The notes under the pieces: model-generated | Databases searched by the model: none | What the model was told of the DNA's origin: nothing | The model's input: the letters and a program-made list of their open reading frames with translations, nothing else | Source: Chrysomallon squamiferum | Lineage: Eukaryota > Animalia > Mollusca | DNA length: 64,000 nucleotides | Direction: 5' to 3' | Assembly (NCBI GenBank): GCA_012295275.1 | Contig: CM022671.1 | Coordinates: forward strand, 7,440,001-7,504,000 | Position numbers and translations under genes: made by a program | Shown: positions 50,006-62,769 of the stretch, piece after piece | Layout of the letters: every line of letters begins with the position of its first letter | Numbering within the stretch: the first letter of the stretch is position 1

Positions 50006-53000
50006 ATGGCGAGCCTCAAATCAATTATATCCTATGCCATTCCTTCCATCACGGCTTTGCTTGGACTTCTCTGGTTCTTCAGACGCAAGAAAGATGGTGG
50101 GCAAAAAACAATTGCAAACAGTCCTGCACAAATAAGTGAAACAGATTTTGAAATTGAACCAAAAGAAACTACACTGACAAATAATGAAAATGAGTTAATG
50201 GATACTACATCAAAAACTGCTGAAATGGAAATTGGTTTATTATCTGCGCAAACAGAGAACTTGCAACTGGCTGTTGAAGAGACAATTTCCGAAGGAAATG
50301 CCTACACAGCTTTTTCTACGGAATGCAAATCAGTGACCACTCAAGAACAAACTACCTTACTAGACAGTTCATCAAATTCCATAAACACTTCTCAAAATCA
50401 TACTGTAAATGAAGAATGTGAACAGATGTTGTCAAAACCATTGGCTTGCACAAATGTGTCAGAATGTGCTTCTGACGTGACAAAGCAAGATCTGGAAAAT
50501 GCTTCCAGTTTGGGGAAGCAACAGTTTGAAATAACAGCCGAGTTTCAGTTGACAGAAAATGTTGCGGATACATCTCATGATCTTGCCACGACTGAATGTC
50601 AGTCAGAAAATGTGCCATTGTTGGACTTGTCTAATGTAAATACAGCTCAAGAAGACAGTAGTCCCAAACAAACATCTGCCAGTTACTGCCAGAATAGCCA
50701 AAGTATTCAAATGTCTGCTTCATGTACTTCAAAAGTGCCCATGAGTCTGAACAAAGACTGCTCCAGTTTGGACGCAGCAAATGTTGATACATTAAATGTT
50801 TCATGCAAAACTACTGAAGATCCGTTTGCAGAATCGCAGAAATGCAAAGAAGTGTCATCTACAGAAGCTGAAGACGATGAACTGGCTGAAGAAGCATCTG
50901 AAGTAGAAAATAACAGTGAAGTCCAGTCCTTACCTACCTGTACTGCAGACCAATTACCTAACTCAGATCAGCAAGACCTCAGCAGTTTGCAAAATGATGA
51001 TCTTCAAAGTGCCACTGAAACAAACAATGACATTGTTAACGAGGACTTGAAAAACGAGGGAGATGCTGACAGCTGTACGACACACATGAGTTCAGATGAG
51101 TCCAAGACTGAATTTGAATCTCAAAGTGTTGAAACGGAGAGATTATCCTCAGACATGTTGTTAGACACCTCGACAACCAGTGACCTGACGTCGCAGTCAG
51201 CAGACACCTCGACTAACAGTGATGTGATGCTGCAGTCTCAAGACACGTCGGACACTAACGATGACATCGTTTCACATGGCAACACTGAAAACAGATCTCA
51301 GATAACAAACACACATGCAGCTACTCCAGTGTCAGATGCTAAATCAGCCAGCGAAGTCATGTCCGACGATGGCAGTACTAGTTGTGATAAAGAGGTTGAG
51401 CTCAAGATCAGTTCTGCTGAAGTTCTTTCGTGCGACACTACCTCAGTCAGTGACACGTCACGGGAAAAGGACGAAAAAGAAAGTCGGGAGAATAATAACA
51501 ATTCAGATTCTGTTCATCGTGTCATCTCAGCAAATCTGGAAACCGCAGCAGAGAACTCCGGTTGTACAGCAGACTGACTCGCCAGGTTGTGATAACAACA
51601 GTGAGGTAAACAGTACGCAAAAAACACTTCAAACATTCTATAGCAAACATTTGGTTAATTATTCTGTCACAAATTCTCTGCAAGTTTCAGAGATTTATTT
51701 TTTAATTCTAAAATACAGGGGATGGAGAAAATTACCCCCTTTTTAAAAAATGTTTTTACTGCAAATTGTGTGTGTGTGTTTTGTAACCTCATATTACTCT
51801 CTCACTATAATATATATATATATATAACCATGCAAATACATATATATATATATATATATATTGTACGAAAAATTTTAAATTATTTTTCATCAGAATTTCT
51901 GAAAGAAAAAAAATGATACAGTATAAGATACATTGAAAAAAATACAAAAAAAAATATGTAGAAAGTTGTAAAATACAAAACAACAAAGGGCATTAATTTT
52001 GTGTATATCCTGTAATTTCATTTTCTACAATTCTGACACAATTAAATTTTTATTATTATCATTAATCAATATTTTGAAATCTGCAACGTGGAGAGTATAT
52101 ATATCATTATTTTGAACTATCCATATTTCTGACAAAATTAAATTTAAATGATTGTCATTAATCATTATTTTGAACTTTCCACATTAATGACAATATTGAA
52201 CTGAGTGATTATCATTAATCATTATTTTGAACTATCCTTATTTCAGACAAAATTAAATTTTAACGATTGTCATTAATTATTTTTGGGAACTATCTCTGTT
52301 TTTGACAGTAGTCTAACCTAGCAGTTATCATCAATCAGAATTGTAAACTATCCATATTACTGAAATGTTAAATTCTAACAATCGTCCTTAATCAATATTT
52401 TGAAAATATATTAAACTGATCACTAAGTTGTTAATGTAGAATTATTGATTTAATTATTGAATTTTTATTGTTTATATTAAAACATAATTTAAATTTGAAA
52501 ATGATTCCAGCTTACAACAAACATTTTTTGAAGGCGTGAAATTCAAGATTTTAAACAGTGATATTTATTTTTTAAAACAGATGTGTATTTGCATGGTTAT
52601 AAAAAAAAAAAAAAAAAACTTGTGCATTTATTTTTACAGCTTTAGACAACATTTTAATATTTACAATTATATATTAAATATAATGGCTTTATTTAAAAAA
52701 TATATAAATACATTTAGTTAAATGGAAATGTAATAACGTATATTCTTAAGTAACGGTTATTATTAATAGTTTATATCCATTATAAGTACATGATTTTAGT
52801 GCATGTTTTCTAGTGGATGTGATAAATGATTTCGTTTCTGACTGGACAGGCATCCAACGACAGTGGCCGAGGAGGAAGTGTTACAGAACCTCTGCTGGTT
52901 TTGCAGACCCCGGAGAACCAAATCCAGCGCTATGAGTTTAATTTCCCCTCGGACTTGTGTGGCAGACTGATTGGAAAATTTGGTAAAAACATCAACTACC

Positions 53001-53159
53001 TGAAGGAAATGTCTGGTGCCCACATCTCTCTAAAGAACAACCCATTTACACCCGATTTCCAGATCTGCTTGATTGAAGGTTCAGCGGTTGTCACTATTAT
53101 ATTAATATATATTTATTTAAATGTAGCTATGTTGTTACATTTTGTAAAGGTCATTGTGT

Positions 53160-53197
<38 letters not shown>

Positions 53198-56100
53198 TTT
53201 CATAATTTATTTTTATTATTTTAAATTTGTTTCAGTTCAAAATTGTATACTATCAAATATGTTTATATTCACTTATCAGTTTTTAATACATTTAAACTAT
53301 AAAAGACCAACATGAGTTAACAATTTCATTAAGACAATACTTAAAATAGACTAGTTCCTGACAAACTGTATTGTCAGTGTTAGTTGTTAAATACAATGTT
53401 AGGCTTTTGAAGTGAAAGAAATTAACAAGGTTTAAAAAAAGGAATATAAGTAGAAAAAAAAAAGAATAGCTAAATCTACCTCAGAATTTTTTAATGTTTT
53501 AATATCTGACAGAAAGAAGACAATCTATTACTTTTCTTAGAACTAAAATCACATTTTCTAAATAATGTTTTAGCATTAAACCAAATATAATTAATTTTAT
53601 AACGCCCAAGCACACATACATGTGTATGCTTATAATAAAATGTAATGTATGAATGTATATGTGCATTATATATACATGTGTGTACATGCGTGTGTGCCTG
53701 TGTGTGCATTATTACATATATATTATTATATATAACAATTTATCTACAGGAAAGCAGGCAGAGATAGACAAAGCTCTGGCTTGTATCCGTAAGAAATTTC
53801 CTCGACACCAGTACCCCCAGGTAGACCTGACTCCCATTGGGCAGCCACAGCCAGCAGAAATACCATTACTCATGCCAGACATCATGCAGGTACATCACTA
53901 TACAAATAGCTAAACATGTTTAGCACACTGTGATCTTTTTAAGTAAAACTAGACATCCTCTGAAAATTCAAATTATTTGGTTTTTATCAAAAATACAAAA
54001 GAACAGTATTTCGTATATTATTTTTTTGCGGATTTCTTGTTGAAAATGTACATAATGTAAATATATTTTATATATATCCTTTGCTTTTTTGTTAAAGAAT
54101 ATTTAATATATGTCTGTGCAAATAAAAGGCATAAAATGTTTTGTCATCTTCAAAATAATTAGTTACTGTAATTCAGTAAGACAACAAAATAACAAACTCT
54201 AATTTATTGTGTTACATTTGGGACAGAGAAATTTACAAAAATTCTTGTCAGTCTGTGGATACTGCTAATGAGTTACTCAATCTGTTGTAAACCTAATACA
54301 TAGCCTTTCATATCTGAATATTTTGAAAAATTTTTATAAACATTTTAAATCAAGATAATTGAATTAATGCTACAAACATGGACCAACTACATGTGATTTT
54401 TATTCCAAATTAATTCAGTACTCTGGGAACGCAGGAAAAGAAGAAGGATAAGAAGAATTCAGTACTCTAACAGTGTAAAGTTTATTTGTTTCAGTTAAGT
54501 CTTCCAGAAAGTGTATCTGTCGACATCGTGATTTCAAACATCGTTGATGCTGGTCACATCTTCGTCCAGCAGCCAACTCACCCCTCCTTCCCGTCGCTGG
54601 AAAGACTAAACAACTTCATGATGGCCTGTTACAATCAGTCTCAGATGGTTCCTGGTTTGCCGAGACCTATTGAAGGTTAGTGATGTTCAGTGTCCAGGCT
54701 GGAAGTTTGTGTTATCTCAGCAGAGCTTTGGATTGTTGTGTTTAGCAAAAACTGGTGCTTTAAGAATATCGTTTAGAAATTACACATTTTAAAGCAGTGT
54801 TCTAAAATTTCTTTTGAATCTATTTAGAATTTTTTTATATTTTTTTTTTTTTTTTTTATTTAATGTTTTTTTTAATATATATTTTTTTATTTATTTATTT
54901 ATTTTTTTTTATCATTTAATTCAGCAATTTAAAATGCATGGATTGATAGCATTTGGTCATTCAAACTGTAAGAACATCGTTTAAAATTTATATATTTTAT
55001 AGAATATCTCTTGTTTAACTCTTTATTATTTTTTAAATTATTTTTTTTAATTGTTTTTATAAATATTTGTATTTTTTGAACCTGCCATTTAAAATCCATG
55101 GGTGAGAAATGTATAATAGTTTGTCATTTGAACTGTAAATACATTGTTTAAAAATCACTATATTTTAAAGCTGTGTTCTCAATTATATATGTTTTAACTC
55201 TTCACTATTTTTTATTATATTTATTTGTTAAAAAAATATTTTTTATCACTTAATGTATTCTTGCAGTTGGAGTGATCTGTGCATGCTTTTCTGGTGGAGG
55301 TTGGTACAGAGCACAGATCATGCTGATGATTGAAGAAACTGATGAATGTGATGTCAAATACGTTGATTATGGAGGCTATGCCAGGGTGCAGGCATCTATG
55401 CTCAAACAGATAAGGTAGTTTGAAAAATGCCTAGATTTACTTTTTAGATTAAAAACTACTTCTCAATGAGTCATATATTTGTACTGATCTTAGTTCAGTT
55501 GCTCTCACTTTAACAGTTATTTCCAGTCCTTATCTTCATCTTTTGCTATTCCACGTTCCTTTCTTTCTAGGCAAAATTAATTTACAATTTATACTGACTG
55601 ATAGGATCAACAGCAGATTAATTAATTACATAACTGCCTTAAAAAAATTCAGTTTTTCTTAGTATGTTGATGTTGTCCACTTTGGGAACTAGTACATTTT
55701 AAAAATTGTTGAAGTCAAAAAAACTCCTCACTTTATCTTCTGTTTGAAATTCCCCTGGTAACTCATATGGTAGAACTATGTATTGAAGCTTCAAAATTAA
55801 TTATTGTTTCTATTATATAAATGAAAACAGCTGGAGGATCAGAAAAAAGAATGTTTTACTCTGTTAATGACTCAGCAGTTTGAAGATAAAATGTGACATA
55901 ACAGTTTGATTGTTTTTACATTCGTTAATGGTTTTTGTCATAACTTTTAAAAAGAAATCCTGTAATACGAATTATCCAGTTTTAGATGTAATCAATAAAT
56001 AGCTTGTTTTATTTGTTAATAATGAATTTAATATGAAGTTATAAAGGTTTCTCAATGATTACATTAGTAATACTAATAAAATGAACATGGTTTTGTTTTA

Positions 56101-57624
56101 TCCAGAAGTGACTTCATGACCCTGCCATTCCAAGCTGTTGAATGCTACATGGGTAACATAACACCATTACAAGGTAATTATTTAAAAAAAAATTAAATAT
56201 AAATAAAAAATTAAATTAATTTATTACAGTAAAACACTAATAAGTCATTAAATATCTTTTGAAGAAGAAACATTTTTGAAGAATTTATATATTTTGATCA
56301 AAATATTTTTTTTAATAATTTTTCTCATTTGTATATATATTTAAAAAAAATACAGCAACGTTAATCAGCTTGTTTCAGAAGCAGAAATATTTTTGAATGT
56401 CACTTGAAAAATGCCAGCTTTTATAAAAATATTATAACAAATCAGTTATACATTTACAGTTTTAAACATGAAACACAAAAAGGATTATAAAGTAAATAAA
56501 CACAACTGTCGGTTTCTTTTGTTAATTACTTACCTGTAAAAGCTTCTAAGGTAGAGTGCTAAAATATATTAGTTTGTTTCTCATATAGTACAGAGGTGGT
56601 GAGGTTAAAAAATAGTTGATGATTGCTGCATTGTATAAACTCTTTCTGTATATTAAGTTTAAAGTGAGAGGATTTTTTTAAATTATTTTTTTTTAAATAT
56701 TTTTTTATATTGAAGACGCCTGCCAATTACCAATTCTTTTTCTTTATTGCTCAACAACTGTTTCTAAGATAACCAAAATACAGTTACCTATATTCTATCT
56801 TGAAGTAAAACCAAAACTGATACACTTCACTATTAAAAACTACAGATGATTTGGTTCATGTGATAAATAAATATTATTACTCAATGGTTTAATTCATTAA
56901 TGTTTTTTCAGATGAAGAGTATTTCAGTGAGCAAGCCAGCACAGTTCTGCAGGAGATCACTGAAGGTAAAATGCTGCAGGCACAAGTAATCAACATAGCT
57001 GAGGATGGTTTGCCCTACGTACACATATACAGAGTCAGTGGTAATCGGGTAAGTAATTAATCATATACCAGTAAACAGCCTAAATACATGTTGTACATTT
57101 CATTTTATTACTTGTATTCACATTAATGATGTAATATTTTAATATTTGTATATATTTTATAGACTTAATTCACAATTAATACACTGTTAGCCTTTATTTA
57201 ATTTTTTGATGCATATAACAAGTGCTGTGTCTGAAAACATTTTCTGAGATCATTCTTGTCTCATTCTACAGTGTCTGGAAAAAACAAAACAACATTTGTA
57301 TGCATGAAACAGTTTTGGTTTTTATAGTTCTGTAAAGTTTAGAGATAGTAACATTCTTTTACAAGCTATTTACACTAGTATTGAGGTGTTTGCCACCATT
57401 TTAAGACTCTGCATCCAGTTTAAGTCAAAATACTGAGTTATATCATGGCTTTTAGAACCAGTTAATTATATCAGGCAGGGTATGAATATGATTTCTTTAT
57501 ATTTTTACAATAACTTTAATTTTTTTTTAATTTTTTTTTTTTTTTTTTTTTGGTGCAGGTGCTGTTCATTAATAGAGAACTCGTCAATCATCATGTTGTT
57601 CGTTGGATAGAAATTTTGCAGTAA
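50006..57624 (+). CDS. AKAP1: A-kinase anchor protein 1-like (mitochondrial anchor, KH and Tudor domains), about 855 aa if the frame break at ~51575 is resolved
   Basis: Coding exons: 50006-51605 (acceptor at 49993), 52850-53078, 53750-53889, 54495-54675, 55267-55414, 56106-56173, 56912-57048, 57559-57624. The N-terminus MASLKSIISYAIPSITALLGLLWFFRRKK resembles the AKAP1 outer-membrane anchor. It is followed by a long acidic S/T/D/E linker, SNDSGRGGS, a KH domain (LCGRLIGKFGKNINYLKEMSGA) and a Tudor domain (GHIFVQQPTHPSF, WYRAQI, VKYVDYGGY, LKQIRSDFMTLPFQAVEC). Stop TAA at 57622-57624. Confidence 0.93.
52030..52407. repeat. Degenerate minisatellite, unit about 57 bp, 6-7 copies
   Basis: Repeating ATTGTCATTAATCATTATTTTGAACTATCCATATTTCTGACAAAATTAAATTT in an AKAP1 intron. 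Confidence 0.8.
54755..55255. repeat. Degenerate tandem repeat, about 170-205 bp x3
   Basis: CTGTAAGAACATCGTTTAAAAAT..TATATTTTAAAGC.GTGTTCT recurs near 54758, 54965 and 55132. Confidence 0.6.
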
Positions 57625-57867
57625 ACATTTTGCCAGTTTCGAAGAGGGGAATTTCTTTTGAAAATTTCTTTTAAAAATACATTTGCTGTTTGTATTTATT
57701 AAAGAAAAAAAGAAGAAGAAAAGAACAAGAAGGCATATCTTTTATTTTTGTTTTTTCTTTGACATGGGAAAGGATTTTTTTGTTAAATTTTGTTCTTATT
57801 TTTGTTTGTTTTTGTAGATTTGATTCCCTCCCTAATATGTCCTGTCATAAACATTGCTCCACCCAAT

Positions 57868-57902
<35 letters not shown>

Positions 57903-58335
57903 GTCATAATTTAAAATCATTTTATTAAGAATGTAAGTCCAAAATAAGGTGGCAGTGATATTTGTTTTGATGGGATTTTATTAAAAGCCTTGTCTAAAAT
58001 TCTTTTTATTTTTGTAAATCTTGTTGATGTATATATATAAAAGTATTTACCAAATTTTAATCAGATGATTAATTTTTTTTTTTTTTTTTGTTTGTTACAA
58101 ATACATCTTAGTTATTTCTGTCAAATATTTTTGTTTGTTTCCTTAAAATTCAGGAAAATTGAAATCAAACTTTATTTATTTTATGTTTTTTGATTTTTAA
58201 AAAATGTTTTAGTGATACCTTATAATGCTTTATAAAGCTACATTCTGAAGAAAATTTTAATTATTGCTATTTTATAAAAATTAAAATTATGTTTTAGGAT
58301 TAGTTTTTTTTATTTTATTTTATTTTTTTATTATT

Positions 58336-58375
<40 letters not shown>

Positions 58376-58971
58376 CATGTTATCTTAGTGATTTTTTTTT
58401 TTTTTTTTTGAAGAAAATATGGTAGTGCTTATTCTGAAATTTAAGTCATTTTTGCAGTTACCTCCCTTCCCAATGAATCCGTAAACATGAATTAATTTAT
58501 ACTTTAGAGCACATCTTTTGTAATGTTTATCTGTTTGTTACTACAAATAAACTTTTCATAGAAACTGCAATTTAATGGAAATTTTAACAATATTTACTTA
58601 CTAAAATAGGCTGACATTTTCAGCTACTTCATGCTTTTGTCTCAGTGTTGTAAATCAGAAAATGTTAGTGACCTTAACATTTACAAAAAGTTAACCAGCG
58701 ATGGACATATTATTGACAGACATGTTTTGTGAAACATTTAAAATAAAATTTAAGTTAATTTTGGCATTATTAATTACACTGTTTCTTTATATAGATAAAA
58801 ATGACACAGTATCTATATTACAAAGCTTTTTTTTCTCTCTCTGTTCAGAAATAGTTTATCATTTTTAAAACATGATTAATGCTCTGCTGTTCAAAATAAA
58901 GAGCATAATTTAAAGTAAAATATTTGTAAAATGAAATAAACTGTGTTACAAAACAAATAATCAAAATGTTA

Positions 58972-59014
<43 letters not shown>

Positions 59015-59053
59015 TGTGTGTGTAATCACACATGCATGCACACACGCACACAT

Positions 59054-59178
59054 GGGTACTTAAAAAAGTTCTTCGCCTTCACCTTAAAAAGGTCTAAGGA
59101 GAAGGAGAATGTTGTTGCTTTATTTTTCAACATTGTCTCCTTGTTCCTGCATGAAATCAAGAACGTTTTGAAGTACCC
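59054..59178 (+). other. Predicted multibranch RNA structure in the presumed AKAP1 3'UTR
   Basis: 59054-59073 pairs with 59159-59178 (18 of 20 Watson-Crick, two A.G mismatches). It encloses a hairpin 59097-59114/59128-59148 and a small hairpin ACCTT/AAGGT at 59081-59093. Confidence 0.55.
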
Positions 59179-60139
59179 TTGTTTTGTTACGAAATATTCT
59201 CAGTTTGCTAATAATTGATGCTTGCTAACATTTTCTGAGTCCCTTCACCTGCTAATTCAAAATATAATCATGTTGAAAAAAAACAAAAATTTATTATTTT
59301 TTTTTTTTTATATGTGCCAATGCAAACGTGTTATTCCCACTGTTGAATATTTTTATATTTTTTGAGATTGTTACTTTGTGTAGATGATGTATTAATCAAT
59401 ACAGGTAGTTAGCTTTGTTTTACAGAGATTCTGTTAGGTCATAGTAGCATGTCTAGTAACGAAGTAAGCATATTTCTGACATATTTAGTTTAATTCACAT
59501 AGACTCTGGTGCTTTTTATCTGAAGTCATCGTACATTTGAGTTCATGAAATGAATAGCCGATCTCAGCAACAGTCCAAACTTTGTTTATTTTTGCAATCT
59601 TTAACTGGGTTCTTGTTTGAATGTAGATCCACAAAAGGAAGAAGTACACCCGATATTTATATTTATAAATAGATTTTGAAACCAAATTTTTGTATTTTGC
59701 TGTTATTAAATTTATGAAATATTATAAGATGAGATTTTGAAATGATAATGCAAAACCAATTTTCAGTTTGTTGATAGTTTTATATAATTATGAAATATGG
59801 CTTTCTGTTCGGTGAAAATACCAGATGAACAAGTTTAAAATTTAAAAATTAATTTATTTGTTGTAATTGTGATAAAAGTATTTTTAAAAAAGAACAAAAC
59901 CAGTAAATGTATTTATCTCTGTATTGGTTATTAGCTGTTATAAATGATTTTTTTAAATTGCTTTGTTTTTTTCTCACAAAGTTGTAGTTTCTTTCTGTTT
60001 TCCTATGTTACTATATTTTAATTGTAAAAAAGATGACTAATATCATTTTAGGTTATACTTGTGATTTGTCACATCAGTGTTGAGGTTTCTGTTTCTGGGA
60101 TGAGTAATTTGAAATAAGATTCATTATAAACATTGTGCA

Positions 60140-60172
<33 letters not shown>

Positions 60173-60537
60173 ACTTGTACCAATCTTTAATAATAAAATA
60201 TCACCAGTAATTATCAATTTTGGTTTTACCATATAATAGTAATTAATAAAAAAATAACTAGTTAAAAGAGTGATGAAATAATTTTCAGAGAGATTTGCTC
60301 TTTCTGTTGAATTCTGCTTTAATTATCTTGAATTATGTAATTATTATATTTTATTATTATATAAAAAAAAATAATGAAAAATAAATTATTACTTGGAAAT
60401 AACAACTAATACTGTGAAATCTTTCTTCTTTCAGTGGCATGCTTTAATTTTTAACATTTCTGCCAATGTATTTGTTTCTGTATTTTTAAAATCTCTTATT
60501 ATTCCAGCATTTTACTTCAGTAATTTTAATTTTTTAT

Positions 60538-60570
<33 letters not shown>

Positions 60571-61032
60571 ATTTAAGTAAATCTTTTATTCTAAATGATA
60601 ATAAACAGATTTAAGCATTTGATACTTAAAATGTATTTTATAAATTTGCTAACAGCAGATACTAAATTAGTAAAAGAAAATAAAAAAAATTAATCTCTTA
60701 CTAAAATTTACAGCTTTCAAGAAGAAAATTGTAATACTCAATTTTTTCTTTTTTTTTAGGTGTGGATAATTTCAAAAAAAAAAAATGTTCAGAACATCTA
60801 GTCAGTCTAGTCTTTCGGTAAATGCACATGCTTGCCTTTATTTTCTGAAGTAACTGATATTGGCTTTAATAAGCAGTGCTTGAAACTGATTCAGACTAAA
60901 TTCAATTTTTGTAAAGAAACGGTCGTATTTTTATTTATTTATTTTTATATAACTTGTTTAACTTCCTCTTTATTTTGTAAGCATTCAGTCAAAAACAAAA
61001 AATATATTTTATGCAATCAGGTATATAATTAA

Positions 61033-61043
61033 CTCTCTCTCTC

Positions 61044-61123
<80 letters not shown>
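61033..61123. repeat. (CT)n microsatellite
   Basis: Near-perfect dinucleotide run. Confidence 0.95.
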
Positions 61124-61126
<3 letters not shown>

Positions 61127-61902
61127 ATATATATATGTAAAATTAGTAACACTCATACTCAGGGGATATAATATCAAAGTATTTGATTAAGTTGTAACCT
61201 AAGTCCAAGATTTCTGCAACATCAGAACAACAATTACGTTATCTGATATTAACATTACTTTTAATTGCAAAACCTGGCTCACAGCCAATTTTTTTTTTTT
61301 TTTTTTTCTTTTCTCTGTACTGATGTTAATGTGAATTTGTTTTCAGAAAACTACTTTTAAAGAACCAGTAGTTAAATAATACTGCACAAATATTTTTCCA
61401 GTGGTATTCTTTTAATAGTTGGAATTTATTCAAATACAAGGGTACTTTCGTTTGTTTAAAATGTTGTGTTGTGTAATGTACTTAGGTATAAAATTATTGC
61501 AGTAGTTTAACAAACCTGTTAGATGTCAGCTAGATATTTTATTAATCTGCTTTTTTAAAATTTGTGATGACAAGTGAGTGCTTTTCTGTTTGTTTTTTTT
61601 TTTTTGAAATATTAGCTGGTAGATTGTTACACTTGTAAATTATTTTAAGTAATTTTTTTTAATATTATTATTTTTTTTTTATATCTTACATTTCAGAAGC
61701 AGCTTTATTATAATTTTTTTTTCCAATTTTTAAAAGACTTACCAAATATATATATATATATATAATATTATGTGCTTTTAAATATCACTTCAGTGTTAAT
61801 AATTTTAAATCTTAATTACTCCATAACCACAGAGATAACTTTATCTAGAAACTGGAAATAAGGATTTTTAACAACTGAATAAAAATTATGTTTTGAAATG
61901 GT

Positions 61903-61936
<34 letters not shown>

Positions 61937-62735
61937 AACATAACATTTTGTGCATGATTATCTTGAATAAGTTTTATATATATTGGTTTTAATTTTATTT
62001 CATGTAAAATAGAACACTGGAAAAAGTTAAAAAGAAGAAATATCAGATTTGAAACAATCTTTTGTCGTAAAAAATTGTTTTTTTCCAAACAGTTTTCACA
62101 AGTTAGTGTAAAATATTCTGTCTGTGAACTGCAAAAGTTTGTTTTTATTATATCATATACAAATCTGTCATTGTTCTCATGTTAATCAGTATAATTACCA
62201 ATTGTATATTATTTTTTTAATCCCAGATCAATGTTCTGAATATAGAAAAACTTTCTAAATACTTTTTAAAGGTGTGATGTATAAATTAAGACAAAGTTTT
62301 ATGTTGAAGTCGGATGTCAAATACAGCTTAACGATACCTAATTCTTATACATATCTCAGAACTCTATTTTTTCATATCTTCTGAATATAAATACAATTAT
62401 TTATTTATTTATTTTCCTTAAATCCTGTGATGCCTGAAATTGTTTCTTCATTTTAATGTGTTGTTGGTTTGTCAAAGAGAATTAACAATTATTTTTAAGG
62501 TTTTGATATAATAATCTGAATTTAACTAGATGTGGCATGCTGTGTCACTATTAAGGTATATATACATGGTGTACTCACTGATATGTTTTTAAATGTTACT
62601 CTGTACCTCTCCCCATCAGTATTTTGTTGGGTTCTGTTATTTTTATTATTATTAATATTATTAATAATTTTTATTTTTATTTTTTATTTGTTTTTTCAAA
62701 ATTATTTCCATTCCAGTTCTGATTCTTACGAGTGC

Positions 62736-62769
<34 letters not shown>

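Noticed and set aside
51315-51746. 143-aa ORF as an independent overlapping gene
   Set aside because: Only its last exonic codons (DSPGCDNNSE) belong to AKAP1. The rest is an off-frame shadow plus intron read-through.
28123-57624. Apparent conservation of the human ULK2-AKAP neighbourhood
   Set aside because: The human ULK2 neighbour is AKAP10 (RGS-domain), which is not homologous to this KH-Tudor AKAP1-type gene.
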